A stretch of 64,000 nt of DNA from Marsupella aquatica (GCA_973895155.1 OZ316894.1:20962451-21026450); one strand, 5' to 3'. Numbered from the stretch's first letter, positions 13,111 to 26,100 are shown. A program made the numbers and translations. The notes: generated by a model from the sequence alone, not told the origin.

Positions 13111-13796
13111 GGTCGAATAGCCTTAACCCTGAGAATGGTACGACTGGTAGAGGTGTCCAGGGTGTCGTTAGCTTGCCGCTGCAAGTACACAAAATCTCCC
13201 ACATCAAACTTCCTGACCTTGGGCTGAAAAGTGCCCCCTCATGTGTGTGCATAACGCAGTGTGTCCCTGCGTTGTGCAATGGCCAAATTCTCCATGGCCA
13301 TGGGCATACCCCTCCTGAATAGGGCAGCCCTCTCAGAGATCACATCAGACCAAGTCATAGCTGAATCCAAGTCCACCACCTGAAGCATGTGAGCAGCAAT
13401 AGCAGAAGGTGGAACTGGGTGACGACCAAACAACAAGAAGTAGGGAGAAAAGTTAGACAGTGATGCATGTCTGGACATCCTATACCCCATGGCAATGTAG
13501 GGTAAGGCCAGGTCCCAATCCTCCTTGTTTTTGGTGAGGCAGATCTTCCGGAGGCCCTTCTTGCATGTCTGAACCATGCGCTCTGCCAAGCCATCTGCCT
13601 GTGGGTGATCTCGTGATGTCTGACGATGATCAATGAGGGCCTGATCAAGCAGCTCTTGGAACTCTCCTCTAAACTCTGAGCCCTGGTCAGTGAGACATTC
13701 TGCACAAGCTCCAAAGCGGCTGAGAACTTGTTGCATGAATGCCTGGCTGGTGCTACGGGAGGTCTTATCTGGCAATGCCACAAGTTCTATCCACTT
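13111..13796 (-). mobile_element. Gypsy integrase fragment, copy 2 of the DNMT/PHD Gypsy family
   Basis: Near-identical to ~55270-55956 (LTDQGSEF, HPQADGLAERMV); truncated before the PHD finger. Confidence 0.9.
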
Positions 13797-16700
13797 TGTA
13801 GCAAGGTGATAAGAGATAAATGACTATTTACTCCTTAACAACTCAATTTTGTTCTGGTTAGGAGTGGATAAGATCGAAAAGACCTAATTAACACGATTTG
13901 AGAAGTTTACACCAACATTCTTAGGTTGGAGAGATTTCTAATGATTTCCTTAACATAAGTGTTTAACCACAAACTCAAGTGGGTGATCCTTAGGATTCAC
14001 AGTGCAATAATAAAGACTAGAATTAACAAAGATTGAAACTAGAGGGAGAGTAGATAGGAGTTTTCAAAGTGCAAGGGAATTGAATTCCGACCATCACCAC
14101 TCCTTCAAAAAGGATTATGGCCTAATTTAAGATTCAGAAATCAACATTTTCTATGCTTTTTGATTTCTCATAGCAACTCTTCTCCATCTCTTGAATTTAG
14201 AAGACAACAATGTAAATCAACCCGGGACACTTTTCTGGTCTTGCTTAAGACGGTACTAGGATACTCAAATTGATTTACTTCTCCTACAATCCTTAAGATT
14301 GCTTGTTTGAGTTTTGTGCAAATGTCAATTTCCTCTTTGGTGAATCTTCCAAATGTATTGATCACAAATCTCATTGATCTTTCAATATCATTAAGGCACA
14401 CTCTAGCATTCATTGAACACTTCACAACAACTCAAGGGTTGCTAAAACTTCTTCCTTTTACTCAACCATGGTAAAAAGGAAGGGAATAAAAGACATAGAT
14501 TCCTTTAAAGACAATGAGGAAATCAAAATGTATATTTTCTCTCTCGGTTGACTTTGGGTTCTCCTCCTTTTGTACTAAAAGTGGAGATTATGAAAAGACA
14601 TGCCTCTTCAAAACCCAAGTCTAAAGAAATATGTAAATAAAAGTGAACTATCCTAGTCAAAAATGGAGTAGAGTCTCCAATGGATACATCAACAAAATAC
14701 TGGAGTTTACTTACTCATATACTAATCTATATAGCTATTTCTAAGTCTAAACTAATGTGGCTCTAACTCTCTAAATATAACTCTATTCTGGTCCTAGCTT
14801 TTGGGAAGGAACCTCCTCAGGGTTAGCCATGGCAAGAGATTCTGGTCGAAGGAAAACTCCCTGCTGGCCAGTGGTAAAAGGGATGGACGGGTCAATATCC
14901 ATGTTCTCCTGATGGGCACTTGGGTCATGAGAATAAGTGTAAGAATGGGAGTGGAAGTGTGTACAGGGAGTGGGGAAACCAGGAGGGTTGAGGGGTGATG
15001 AGGGGCCAGTGGAATAGACTCCTTCATGAGGACTAGGAGAGAAAGATCTGGTAGTAAAGGCAGGAATCTCAGTATCAGCTAATAGCTCCTCTATAGTCAA
15101 GTCACTCATCTCTCTTAAGGCTTCACAGGTCTTTGAGAGACCCGTAAGTGCATCATCCACCTTGGTACTCACATCTACCACTAAATGGTTAATCTTGGAG
15201 AAAAGGATGGGTGTGGTGTTCTTGGCCAAATACTCATAATAAATTTGGGTCTTAAGAAGATCCAGAGAAACTATCTTAGTCAAAGGCTCAATCAGATCCA
15301 AAGATTGAGTGATACTGAGTTGGAGAGTATGCTCAAGCTCATTCTTCTTCTTACTCCTTTCCAACTGTTGTTTGAGTTCAGATACCTTCTTCTTGAGGAA
15401 CTCATTTTCCTTCTCCAACTTCCTCTTATCTGTGGCATCACTCATGGTGGAGATCTTTTCAAGAATCTGCCCTGGTTTCACTCCTAACTTTTGAGAAATG
15501 TCAGTGATGGCTTTCTCCATCACAGTGGTCTTCCTCTTCACCTTCTGGAATGTGTCTGAGATGATCTGGAAATCAGCTAGGGTGTCTAGGGAGGCATGGC
15601 CGGGTGCATCCGGAAATTCAGCCGGGTCGATGAAGGCCGGGTTGGCAAAGTTTGGGTCGAGGTTCCGGGCAGCAGACCGGGTCTTTCGAGGATTTGTCTC
15701 TGCTGGTTCCTCATCCTCACTGTCATCAGAGGTGGCTTGGGTGATATCTGGATCTGCCTCTCCATACTTTATGAAGTTGAACTTGGCCAATAGTAATTTC
15801 TTCTCCTCTCTGAATAAGACTCCTTCAAAACTATATAGATGTGCCAGGTAGCAGGAGAGGGGAGTAGGACTCTTGTTGGACAGGTTCTGTACCAACTTCC
15901 TTATTAAGTCAAAGATAAGCTTAGCCCAGTTGACTTTTCTTTCTCCCTTGTAAGCAGCAACAATGGTAGAGCCAACTCCAACAGTAACTCTTCTTGGCTT
16001 CTCAGGGTACAGCAGGGGTAGCAGAAAGCTGAAGACTCGTCTCAGACCAGGATCCAAACACTTAGAAACATTGAACCCGTCCTTACTGTTGATGGCTCCT
16101 TTGAAGTAAGGAAGGATTAGGTTGACAGCTCTTCCCACTGGACCTTCTCCTTCATCTTCCAATACAAAAGCTCTTGCAATCATCATCTGAGTCCATCGCT
16201 CAGGTCGGCCTCTGGAGGTATCCTTAAACTCAGCCGGATACTCCTTGGATCGGATCTCTCTGATCATATCTTTGCTCTGACAACTCCAGGGTAGCTCCAT
16301 CAGAGACTCACAGCCCATCCTGAGCAAAGACTCCCTCAGTTTGACCTTCTCAGCTTCACTGTCCGGAATAGCTGGCCTCAGAATTTTCATGGCAATGGGG
16401 ACCTCCTTTCTCTTCGATCGTCTCACAGGGGCTTTAACCGGAGTAGGTGCAGGTGATGTTGAGGTTGAATGCCCCTTAGAGACGCGAGAAGTGGACATTC
16501 CGGCTGCATCCGCCCCTTGCTCCATAGGATTTTTGGAAGTAACAAATTGATTTCCAATAAATGTTCTGCCTCCTCTATGGCAAGCTCTACAATTTTGCAA
16601 CTTCAAAATATTCAATCGCTTTGGTGTCGATCAATGGTAGAAATGTCCGGGTTGACCTGGCCGCAGCGTTTCTGATCAACTGAAAATCGTTTTGGAAGAA

Positions 16701-17319
16701 TTGCATCAAGATTTCGTCAACCACAATGCAGGGTCATCTAATGTGGGGAAAATCTGGACTCAATCGGGCTTGCAATAGTGATGTCCGGGTCGACCTGGCC
16801 TTCCTTCTCACAACCGATGTATCCACGATCAGAATCTCAAACTTCCTGCCTTCACTTCTAGTGGTGGAGTAGGCATTCCCCTCACAACGAATCAGTTAGT
16901 ACCCTCATATCCCTGCTCTCATCATGCAATGCAAGATTGGTCCTATAATCCGGACCCAAGATCCTCTACCAAAAGGGTAGAGCCTCCTCACTCTACTGCT
17001 TAAACAGCCTAATGCGCTCGGGAGCTCAAAACCTACTAAGTTTGGCTTTGAGAGGTGTGAGAGGCCGGATCGACTCTCCTTCCTTATATCTGGATTCTGT
17101 TGTGGTCGTGCCTGTGTTTGACTTATGGTTTTAAAAACTTTGGCAATGGATAGCTGTTGTTTAGTAGAGTCTCGGTATAAGCTTTATATCTCATTCAAGG
17201 CTTATAGTAAAAAGTTCTGGGTCGATCCTCCTTCTCTAATATCAATCCGGGTTGACCTCAGATGGGCTTGAAAGTCTCATAACACTTCAAAGTAGTCTTC
17301 AGGTCCCTCTTCAGCCTCA
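13797..17319 (-). mobile_element. LTR-retrotransposon-derived insertion carrying an accessory ORF; ~1.45 kb of host Gypsy pol is missing at this site
   Basis: Begins TGTAGCAAGG exactly where the Gypsy homology breaks (minus-strand end ...CCTTGCTACA); TATA-like gatataagg on the minus strand near 17085; no TSD. Confidence 0.7.
14783..16615 (-). CDS. Retroelement accessory protein: conserved bryophyte-type domain (tentatively plant-mobile-domain-like) plus coiled coil
   Basis: Intact 610-aa ORF: GCESLMELPW..RGRPERWT..KDGF..C.DP.LRRVFSFLLPLLYPEKP.RVT..KVNWAKL..PTPLSCYLAHLY, then heptad-rich LEKENEFLKKKVSELKQQLE. Resembles recalled repetitive hypothetical proteins of Marchantia and mosses. Confidence 0.7.
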   Translation of the reverse strand: MNILKLQNCRACHRGGRTFIGNQFVTSKNPMEQGADAAGMSTSRVSKGHSTSTSPAPTPVKAPVRRSKRKEVPIAMKILRPAIPDSEAEKVKLRESLLRMGCESLMELPWSCQSKDMIREIRSKEYPAEFKDTSRGRPERWTQMMIARAFVLEDEGEGPVGRAVNLILPYFKGAINSKDGFNVSKCLDPGLRRVFSFLLPLLYPEKPRRVTVGVGSTIVAAYKGERKVNWAKLIFDLIRKLVQNLSNKSPTPLSCYLAHLYSFEGVLFREEKKLLLAKFNFIKYGEADPDITQATSDDSEDEEPAETNPRKTRSAARNLDPNFANPAFIDPAEFPDAPGHASLDTLADFQIISDTFQKVKRKTTVMEKAITDISQKLGVKPGQILEKISTMSDATDKRKLEKENEFLKKKVSELKQQLERSKKKNELEHTLQLSITQSLDLIEPLTKIVSLDLLKTQIYYEYLAKNTTPILFSKINHLVVDVSTKVDDALTGLSKTCEALREMSDLTIEELLADTEIPAFTTRSFSPSPHEGVYSTGPSSPLNPPGFPTPCTHFHSHSYTYSHDPSAHQENMDIDPSIPFTTGQQGVFLRPESLAMANPEEVPSQKLGPE

Positions 17320-18346
17320 TTTGAAAGAATATGGGCGCATTCTTCAAGCCAAATGGCATCACCAACCACTCCCATAGTTGGTTACTACCAGGGAAAGTTG
17401 TTTTCTTGCGGTCCTTTGCAAGCAACAAAATCTGGTTAAAGCCTTGCCTTAGATCCACAAGAGTGAAGATGTCTGAGTCTCCAATGCTGTCAAATAGCTC
17501 CTCTGGCCGTGGCATGCGGTACCTGTCCTGGGGTGTGACCAGGTTCAGTGGCCTGTAGTCCCCACACATGCGCTTCTCTGTCCACAATCCACTGGAATCC
17601 TTCTTAACTAGCATTATTGTAGATGCTGCAAAATCTGATGTAGATGGTTGAATAAGACCAGCTTCATATAACTCTTGGCACCTCTCATCCACCAGCTGCC
17701 ACTCATGCTTACTCAAACGATGTCTCCGCCTGAAGATAGGTGTTTCATCAGCCACCTCAATGGAGAACTGCATGGTCTTGCACTTACCCAAGTCCTCCAT
17801 AGAGAAAGCAAACACGTTCTCATGCTTGAGGAGAAAATTCAGTAGCTGGTCCTTCTGTCTTTACTCAGGTGGTTGCCCATGATGAATGTGTAGTTGGCAA
17901 CACTAGGAATAGGACCTGATATACTTGTGCTTGAAGAGCCAGAAGTGCCAGCCTCTCCACTGTCCAAGTTGCTAGCATGCTGCTGATAAGGTGATAAGGC
18001 CTCTCCAAGGCCTGTTGTACCTGTTGATCTGAGTTGGTCCACACCATGAAACTCAGAAATATTGTCAGCCACATTACAAGGGACCTCCTCCCCCCCAACA
18101 CTTGGACTGAAGCGGTGAGTGTTGAATAGAGGTAAGTGCACCTGGTTTGAATGCCATGTAGCAGCACCATGGAGTGGTAGAGCTAGAACTCCAGATGCTA
18201 GATGAATGTACATATGAAAAAGGATGCAAGTGACCAGAAGCCAAGTGAGAGCATTAAGATCCATTACCCTGCCAAGTAAAGCATTCCTGACCAGCCTGGT
18301 GATTTGGGTGTGGCCTGTAGTACCGGAGTGGAAGCCCATAGCCCGT
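17320..18346 (-). mobile_element. Gypsy fragment, copy 2: DNMT C-terminal motifs plus N-terminal half of RT (frameshifted)
   Basis: Near-identical to 57399-58426; RAMGF..ITRLVRNALLGRVMDLNAL, then RMCGDYRPLN, DLRQGFNQI, MPFGLKNAP. Confidence 0.9.
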
Positions 18347-21035
18347 TGTGGTACGTCCCATGGCTCCCCAAACCCAAGAAACCCCCCAGCGCAGGCCGAT
18401 TCCCGCAGGTTTTGTCCTCGGCGAGGCCGTTTCCACGGCTTAGCGGCATGGGACGTTGCTAACTTCCTTCTACTACTACTATTAACATTTTACACACATA
18501 TACTAGACAAATCCTTCATCGGGTCATGAGATACGTAGCCGGCCTAATCTAGGTCTTCCCTTGTATTCCCCTCCTTCTCTTTAGGTATATTTGGATTCCG
18601 CCACCGGAATGATCCCCAATTGGCTTGGTTAAGCCGCTAAGACCTCTCTCAACTCGACACATCCAACTCTCACTCCCTTGCTTACTTCCCTTCATCTATT
18701 AGTTGATGTGGGCACTCTTCACACAAGTTAATGTGACACACAAATAGCAAAATGACTCCTTCTGAGTGAGTTATACCATGCACTTGCCATACAAACAGTA
18801 CATCTCATACACAAGTTCTGCAAACTAAGCCGTGAGGCCAACTCTATTCAGCTCTTAGGCATGAGGAAACATGAATATACACAAGGGTCACTGTATAACT
18901 AACCGAGAGCTTCTCTTACTACTTGATCCCAGCCCTGCTGGTGCAACTAAAAAACTTGCTAAGAAAGAGGCCCTGGACTCAGGTACTTATCCTGGAAGTG
19001 GATCCGCCAATTCTTAGCAGCGTAAGCTTAATCTATCCTACCTGTAATCTACCTAACTGTAATCTACCTAAGTACAGCGAGGCAGGAGCACAAGTGTTGC
19101 TCCTACCAGTGGATCCGCAATCCAACTAATCTAAGTGTCAGGGCCGTCTCCTCGTCTTGATCCTCAGCCTAAACTTGGAGATCCGAGCCCGCCCTGCCCA
19201 CTCACGCCTCCTACCTCCACGTCCGCCCTTCCTAAAAGGAACGACGCCCTTGCACCGTCACGACACCGGTGGTGGATCCTCAATGGACGCCCCCGACGCT
19301 TCCCCCGCAACCACTACCGTCGGTCCTTCCTCTGACAGATTACCTACCCCAGACCTAGTCAACTCTTCATCAGCCTAACTGGGTCCACCCTCGGCTTCGG
19401 CATCAGTATCGGCCATGGCCTCCCCGGCTATGGTTTCCTCGGCTGGCTCTAGTGGTGGGGTTGCTACCACGGCTTCATCAATAGTTGTCCCGGCCTCGGC
19501 CTTGCCATCCCCACCTTCCTTGACAGGTGGATCCATTGTCGTGACCATGCCGGAGGTTGGTGACGGGTTTACCTCCTTGGTCACAACGGCTGGAGGAGCC
19601 GTATAACTCCCAAACCCAGAAGGTTTCCGCTTCTTCTTCTTCCTCCCTGTTTCGGCAGCTGGCCCCTTCCCTTTGCCACTTACCTCCGGCACCAGGGCGT
19701 GTGTCTCGGCTTGTCCTTCTGCCAGTACCACTCCTGGTAACGGGGTTCCCACAATTGGAGTTGGAACAGATGAAGCTAAGCACTTAAATACTGCGGCCTG
19801 TTTCTTCAGCCGCTCCGTTTGGTTGTCGGCCCGCCGCTGTAAGTTCTCCATCTTCCACGTGCTTTCCTCCAACTCCTCCTGCAATTCATCCAGGTCCTTC
19901 CTTGCCTCCTTTAGCTCCTTCTGGGCTTCTTCCAACTCTTTCTGGGCTTCCTCCAACTCTTTCTGGGCTTCCTCCAACTCTTTCTTTAAGGTAGCCCTCT
20001 CCTCCTGGGTTGCTATCAGCTCCTTGTCGAGCTCCGTAACGACCTCAGACTCCATTTTATTCATCTTGGCATAAGTCTGGTCGAGCTGGTCGTCTTTCTC
20101 GCGGAGGCCGGCCTTGAAACTGGCCGTCATGGATGCGAGCTCTTGCTGCAGCACGATAATCGTTTGATAGGATTTCCCTAACTCGGCCTCCTTTTGCTCT
20201 AGGGCTCCGCGGATATCCTCGAGTTCGCCCTTCAACGCCCTCTCCCTTCTCTGAGTCTCCGCCATGGCCTGGTTGTTGGCTGCTATGTGGGCCTCCTCTG
20301 CGTCTCTCAGCTCTCACTTCCACTTCTCCCTATCTTTGATCGCCTCGGCCAACTCTCCTTGGGTCTGAGTCAGTTTATCCTTGATAATCTGATTATCAGA
20401 CTGCGCGGTATCCAACTGCCCCTGCATGATGTTTAGCTCATGCCGTTTAATCCGTATCTCATCTTGGGCTTTCTTGGCCGCCTTTAGGTCTTCCACCTTG
20501 GCTTCCATCTCCCTAAGCCGCTGGATGTCCTCGTCCTTCTTGCTTCTCTCCAAAGCCACCGCTTCTTCTAATTGGTGCTTCTCCAATATCTCCCTCTGGA
20601 AAAAGGGTCCCTGCTCCAACTCCTCCCCAAAGATGCTGAGCGCAAGTTCCCCACACATCTCCCCGTACTCCATGGCTCTATCTTTTAGCATAGGTGGAGT
20701 AAGTAGAGTCATCGGCATCAACCACCTCGGCCTTTGTTCCCAAGCCGCCTTGCGGATTTCTTCTATCGTGGCAAGAGGGTTGCTTCTTTTTTTGGCAAGC
20801 CGCCTGATGTCCTCCGGCCAATCTCCTCCTGGTAAATCTTTCTCCCTAGCCAGGGCTGCCTTCTCTTCCTCTCTGAGTCGCTCCTGAAACTCTTGTGCCG
20901 TCTGCTTTATGCCGTCAAAGCTTGGGGGAGCGACATCTGGTGGGGGGGACTCGGGGCTGCTCTGTTGGGTGGGATCCCCTCGAACTACTCTTGGAAGCGT
21001 GGGGATAAAGCGGCCACAGGTTCTTACTCCTGGTA
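18347..21035 (-). mobile_element. LTR-retrotransposon-derived insertion with a disrupted coiled-coil ORF
   Basis: Begins TGTGGTACGTCCC at the Gypsy breakpoint (minus-strand end ...GGGACGTACCACA). ORFs 20314-21051 and 19375-20265 are one frame split by a TGA and include (ELEEAQK)n heptads. Confidence 0.7.
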
Positions 21036-21037
21036 CA

Positions 21038-21680
21038 TGAATCCACTGCACCCTATTCTACCTGTGGCACCATTTGAGAAATGGGGTATTGACTACATTG
21101 GACCTCTGAAACCATTGACCCATCCTCGGAGAAACAAATACATAATCCTGGCCACGGATTATGCAACTAAGTGGGTAGAGGCCAGACCGACAACGAAGGA
21201 TGATGCAATTACTATGGCTCGATTCATATATGAGCAGATCTTCACCAGGTATGGCGCATCCCTAGAATTAGTTAGTGATAGAGGAACCCATTTTCTCAAT
21301 GATATAATTAGTCATTTAAATGAGCAGTATTTAGTTAGACATAGACCTACTACTCCCTACCACCCAAAGGCAAATGGGTTGACAGAACGAGCAAATGGAA
21401 CTACAGGAAAAATATTAAACAAGACCGTAGCTCATAACAAACTCGATTGGGATGATAAATTGTTTGCTGTTGTTTTTGCTTACAATTTAGCCTATGGAGA
21501 AAGGAGAAGTAAAACAAGTCTTAAAGGCTATGCATGGGGAGGAGGCCGGAGGACATTTTGCTCCAGTAACCACCTCTAAAAAGATATTAAATGCCAGTTA
21601 CTGGTGGCCCACCTTGCACAAGGATGTCTATCACTTTATCAAACAATGCGATCCTTGTCAGCGAGCGGGACGACCAAGGG
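21038..21680 (+). mobile_element. Rearranged Gypsy integrase fragments (rve core followed by HHCC zinc finger)
   Basis: PFEKWGIDYIGP..LVSDRGTHF..YHPKANGLTER (21038-21495), then MHGEEAGGHF..YWWPTL..CDPCQR (21494-21680). Confidence 0.85.
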
Positions 21681-21862
21681 CTAATCTTATTATTGCCCCC
21701 CCCAAGTTTTTGAACATATTTTAAACTTATTTAGAGACCAAGAAAATAAAGAATCTTGCAACAAATGACCAAGGGCTAATCTTATTATTGCCCCCCCAAG
21801 TTTTTGAACATATTTTAAACTTATTTAGAGACCAAGAAAATAAAGAATCTTGCAACAAATGA
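21672..21862. repeat. ~95-bp tandem duplication at the TE/host junction
   Basis: gaccaagggctaatc...gcaacaaat x2. Confidence 0.95.
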
Positions 21863-23106
21863 TTCTATCTATTTTTGGTTCATTGTTGCCCCATCTTTGT
21901 TTTTTGTCGACTCCATTTTTCTGTTTTGTCTTTATTGAGAGTTATGGTCTAGAGGCTTCACTCTACACCATAACCATCAAAAGTAGCATTGCCCTTTATT
22001 GATAAAATTACCGGGACGCCAGGGCGAGAGCGGGGTGGGGCATGGAGGTGAGGTCCTGCTAGGACAGGTACCATGCAGGACACAAACAGAGGTAGGCAAG
22101 GAGGGACGGGGCGTGCTGTTGAGTTTGGACCACTAGAACACACAACTGGCCGGGCGGCCTGGCCTACATATCTCCACAAAATTTCATTGAGATGAAAAGC
22201 ATCAAGGTATCGTATCACAAGAAATCGCCGTTCGAAACGTTTCTCCGGCACGCATCTCAACAGCCTTCCAAGAGGACACCAATTCGACACACAAGTAAAA
22301 TCCTGCCATCAAGAGGAGACAAATTGAGGATATACATATAAAAAGTAGACTTGGCCCCTCCACACACCAAAACACATCTTCAATAAGCTAATTTCCATAT
22401 TTGTCTGCATGAAAACTTGGCCAAGTTCTCCAAATATTCTTGAATTTTTTTCATCTGAGGAAGTATACCTATAGCGCTATGCTCCCACAACCACCTCTTT
22501 CGACTGAGCCAGCCAGCTAATTAAGAATTGGAACACGGTGGTGGTGGGGTTCGGATGTACATTTCTGAGCCCTGTTTGAGGTCACTATTAAGTACATACT
22601 AGTATCCAAATTGAGTTGGACGTTATCAGGTTCACTGCAACATCATTGTGTAGTGTACATGTTCTCTGCTCCGGAGGAAGTGATGAAAGCAGCCAATCTC
22701 AGGTAAAAGAGCTTGACCTTTCAAGAGGCATACAAAATCTTCTTCATTGTATCAGCTCAGCCACGCCTGAGGCCTCAGCAGGCACCACTTTCATGCAAAA
22801 CAATGGGTTCCTGCATTGGCTGGAGAGAAAACTGGTAATGGAAGCGGACTACCAGGTCTCACTAATTATCTCACAGCCGAGCTTTTGCATATAGGGAAAA
22901 GCAGCTCTCCTACTGTAGATCTAAAGAGAAGCCAACCCCTGAGAATTACGATCTTCAAGTTGTACAGTGTCAAGGGAGAGAAGGTATTGTGAAGAGAGGA
23001 GGCGATAGACTTCTTCTAAACTGGAAGGTGGAGTCCCATTCTTTCGTCTGGCTGGCTCCTTCAGTTGCATGTGATGTAATAAGAGAACAAACGTGTCGCC
23101 AATAAC

Positions 23107-26100
23107 TTAACCTCGGGGTGGCGTTGAAGGGCTGTTGTTCAGTCCAAGTGAAAGCCAGGACAGAGGTCTTGTAAAAGCTCCTCCGCTGGAAGATCGCCGG
23201 ACGGCCTTGGGGACATCTCTCCTGCCTATGTCACCATTGTCCAGACCTTTCTCACCGTGCAGAAAATGTTTGGAAAATTGCTCCAAGTCATTGATATCAA
23301 TTCTCGGGTCTTCAGAGATCGCGCTTGGCGACCTGCCTCCACTTCCTTCAGACGCTGAGTCACTGTCACTGAGGTTGATGGCCACGGAGCCTGGTCGACT
23401 TTCATATTCTGCAGACAGAAACAAGTTTTTCACAAAGATTGTTTGGTCAGTGAGATGATCGGCACCAACTCGATCCGCATCAGCTCTTTGGACTATGATT
23501 ATCAACTATGGGAATAACGTAAGACTCTATTGGGCGACCAGCAGATCTCATTGAATCTCGCCTTAATTAGCTGAAAGAATGAGTGTTTAGCTGACGAGCG
23601 GGGTTTGGATCTCTTGACTTTACCTGCTTTGATGACATGAAGAGTCTGCACAACTTCACCGATGGTGGGCCGCGTTCGGGATTCCATGTCGAGACACAGT
23701 CTGGTCATTCGCAGGAAGAGCAGCACGGAATCTCGTATACGAGACAGATCCTCTGGCATAGATGGATCAATCAGCTCAGTGATCCTCTCTTGATCTAGAA
23801 GAGTCCTGGCCTGGAAGAAACAATGTGATCCACTCTCGTTAGAAATCTAATTTCGACGTTAATTCACCTGTCTTGGGTACAGTGCAGAACCTGATAGATC
23901 ACCCCAGCGAACCCCAACAGGAAATTACTCTAGGTCAGCAGAATTCTTCTTCTCTTCATAGCTACGCATTGCAGATTAAGACTAACCCAGTTGACAAGAC
24001 TCTGATCCTTGTCTGGTTTGGCAAAATCCAAGGTTTTTCGGCCGCTCAGTAGCTCCAAGAGTACCACTCCAAAACTGTACACGTCGCTTGCGCTGGATAC
24101 TTCTCCTGTCATCATGCTCTCCGGGGCGACGTATCCCAGCGTTCCAATGGCACCAGATCTCGAAGGTGTGCAACAGAACCTGCCGGGATCATCCATTGCG
24201 CTGGACAGCTGCTTTGCAAATCCAAAATCACATACCTGCCAAATTCATGGAGTTAAGTATCGTACCTTGCAAGTCAAGGATTACATATTGTGTAGAAAAC
24301 ATTGAAGGAGAGACCGGACTAAAGAGAAAGGAGAGAGAGACAGAGAGAGGTTGGACGTCAAGCAGAATAGAGTCATTGCAGGTTATTGTCAGGACCTTGG
24401 CATGAAAGCCTCTCGTGAGGAGAATGTTTGCAGATTTAACATCTCGGTGCAGCACAGCGGGACGTTGCATATGCAGATGCTGGACACCCAAAGCAGCCCC
24501 AAGCGCTATCTTTACTCTGATTGGCCAGGAAAAAATCGTCCGAGGCTTCCCATTCTCTGCAAGTACCAAAGTGAAAGAACATCCAAAAAATTTAGCACAA
24601 GGGGAGACATCTCTTTTAAACCAGACATTCGAAAGGAAGTGTGGTGTTAGTTGAAACCCCTTACTTTCCACTGAGGATGTTACAGGCAGCAGTAGTATTG
24701 CTTTGCCTGCGCTAGAGAAAGTGAGAATCATTTAGACCTAGACGAACGGCACCTGAGAATCGTTTAGAATTAAAGCTACATTATTGTCGAAACGGACAAT
24801 GAGGTATCTTCTACTTCGCTCTCATTCATTCGAGAAACTGTGAGATGGTGAAACGTAAGGTTCAAGAACTCGAGGAGAGAATTTTTCAGCTGATTCCCAC
24901 TACGACTACCAAGGAGAGAACGTTTCAGCTGATTCCCATTACGACTACCTACTCAGGGCATTTCCTCACGATCGAGGATCTCACGCGCGTCAGGGTACAT
25001 CCTGTAGCTCTCTGATGGAACCGCATGATTGTACCTTTACGGTCAGTCAGATCCCTTCGATTACAAACCGTGCAATCAACAGTATGGAAAATCTGAGGGC
25101 GATTCACGATTTGAAACGTCAAAGAGACAATCATCATCTCTAAAATACAAACCAATTAACAGTATGGAAAATCTGAGGGCGATTCACGATTTGAGATGTC
25201 AGAGAGACAAATCATCTCTAAAATAATCAACATCATTGTCTATACCAATCTATCAATTTACTGCAGCAGACTCGGTCCGTGGTTGGTCACGCCAGAACAG
25301 ATTCTATTGGGAAGGGGAACGTTCACGACTAGTGAGATTCAACGCTCTACAATTATTTTTTTAAAGCATGGACTGTACTGGAGATACTGCAGTAATTGAC
25401 AGTTTACGTTCCGGAGGCTTCCTTTCTCTCTTGACAAAAGATGATACAAACAGTTTGATCAGTTACATTACAGTGAAAACGTACGTCAAATCAAAACTCT
25501 CAAAGAGTCAATCATTGATCTATTGAGTTCGTACGATTTTCTTTGGGCATCGGGGATTCGGACCCCTTCACGATAGACACCGTCACCGGAACATTCAACC
25601 CAACGAGCGAGTCAAATCACTAAACTGTGAATCTAGTGGGTATGATTGATTGTAGGAGAACTTACCACCATGCAGATGGTCGGAGAGGCTCCCATTGGTG
25701 ACGTGCCTGTATACCAGAAGTAGTTGTTCATCCACAATACAGCTCCCCAGAAGTCGCACCTGCAGTGGGAAATCCATATTCAATAGTGAGCCATAGTTAG
25801 GACTGTTGTTCGTCGCTTGCAATGGCTCGGCTTCCAGTGGTTTAGCCAGGTAGTTTCACTCACATGTCACTGCATGTCCATTCTGACATTTAACAAGGGA
25901 TGTAAATCATGCATACTTATCAATAGATGCAAATTTTAGTGGGTTTGCATTATCAGGTAATGCAAACCCCGGTTTAGTGCACACCAAATCCGTCTTCCCG
26001 GGAGTGTGCACTTATTGAAGTGTAGTTGAAAAACTAGAACATGGGTCTTGGCCCAGAAATATGTACGCGCTGGCATGAGCTTACTGTCCGGGACAGCAGT

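Noticed and set aside
15185-16675. Plus-strand ORFs antisense to long TE ORFs (also at 19.4-20.9, 41.2-43.8 and 55.2-58 kb)
   Set aside because: Shadow ORFs of the coding strand with no independent motifs
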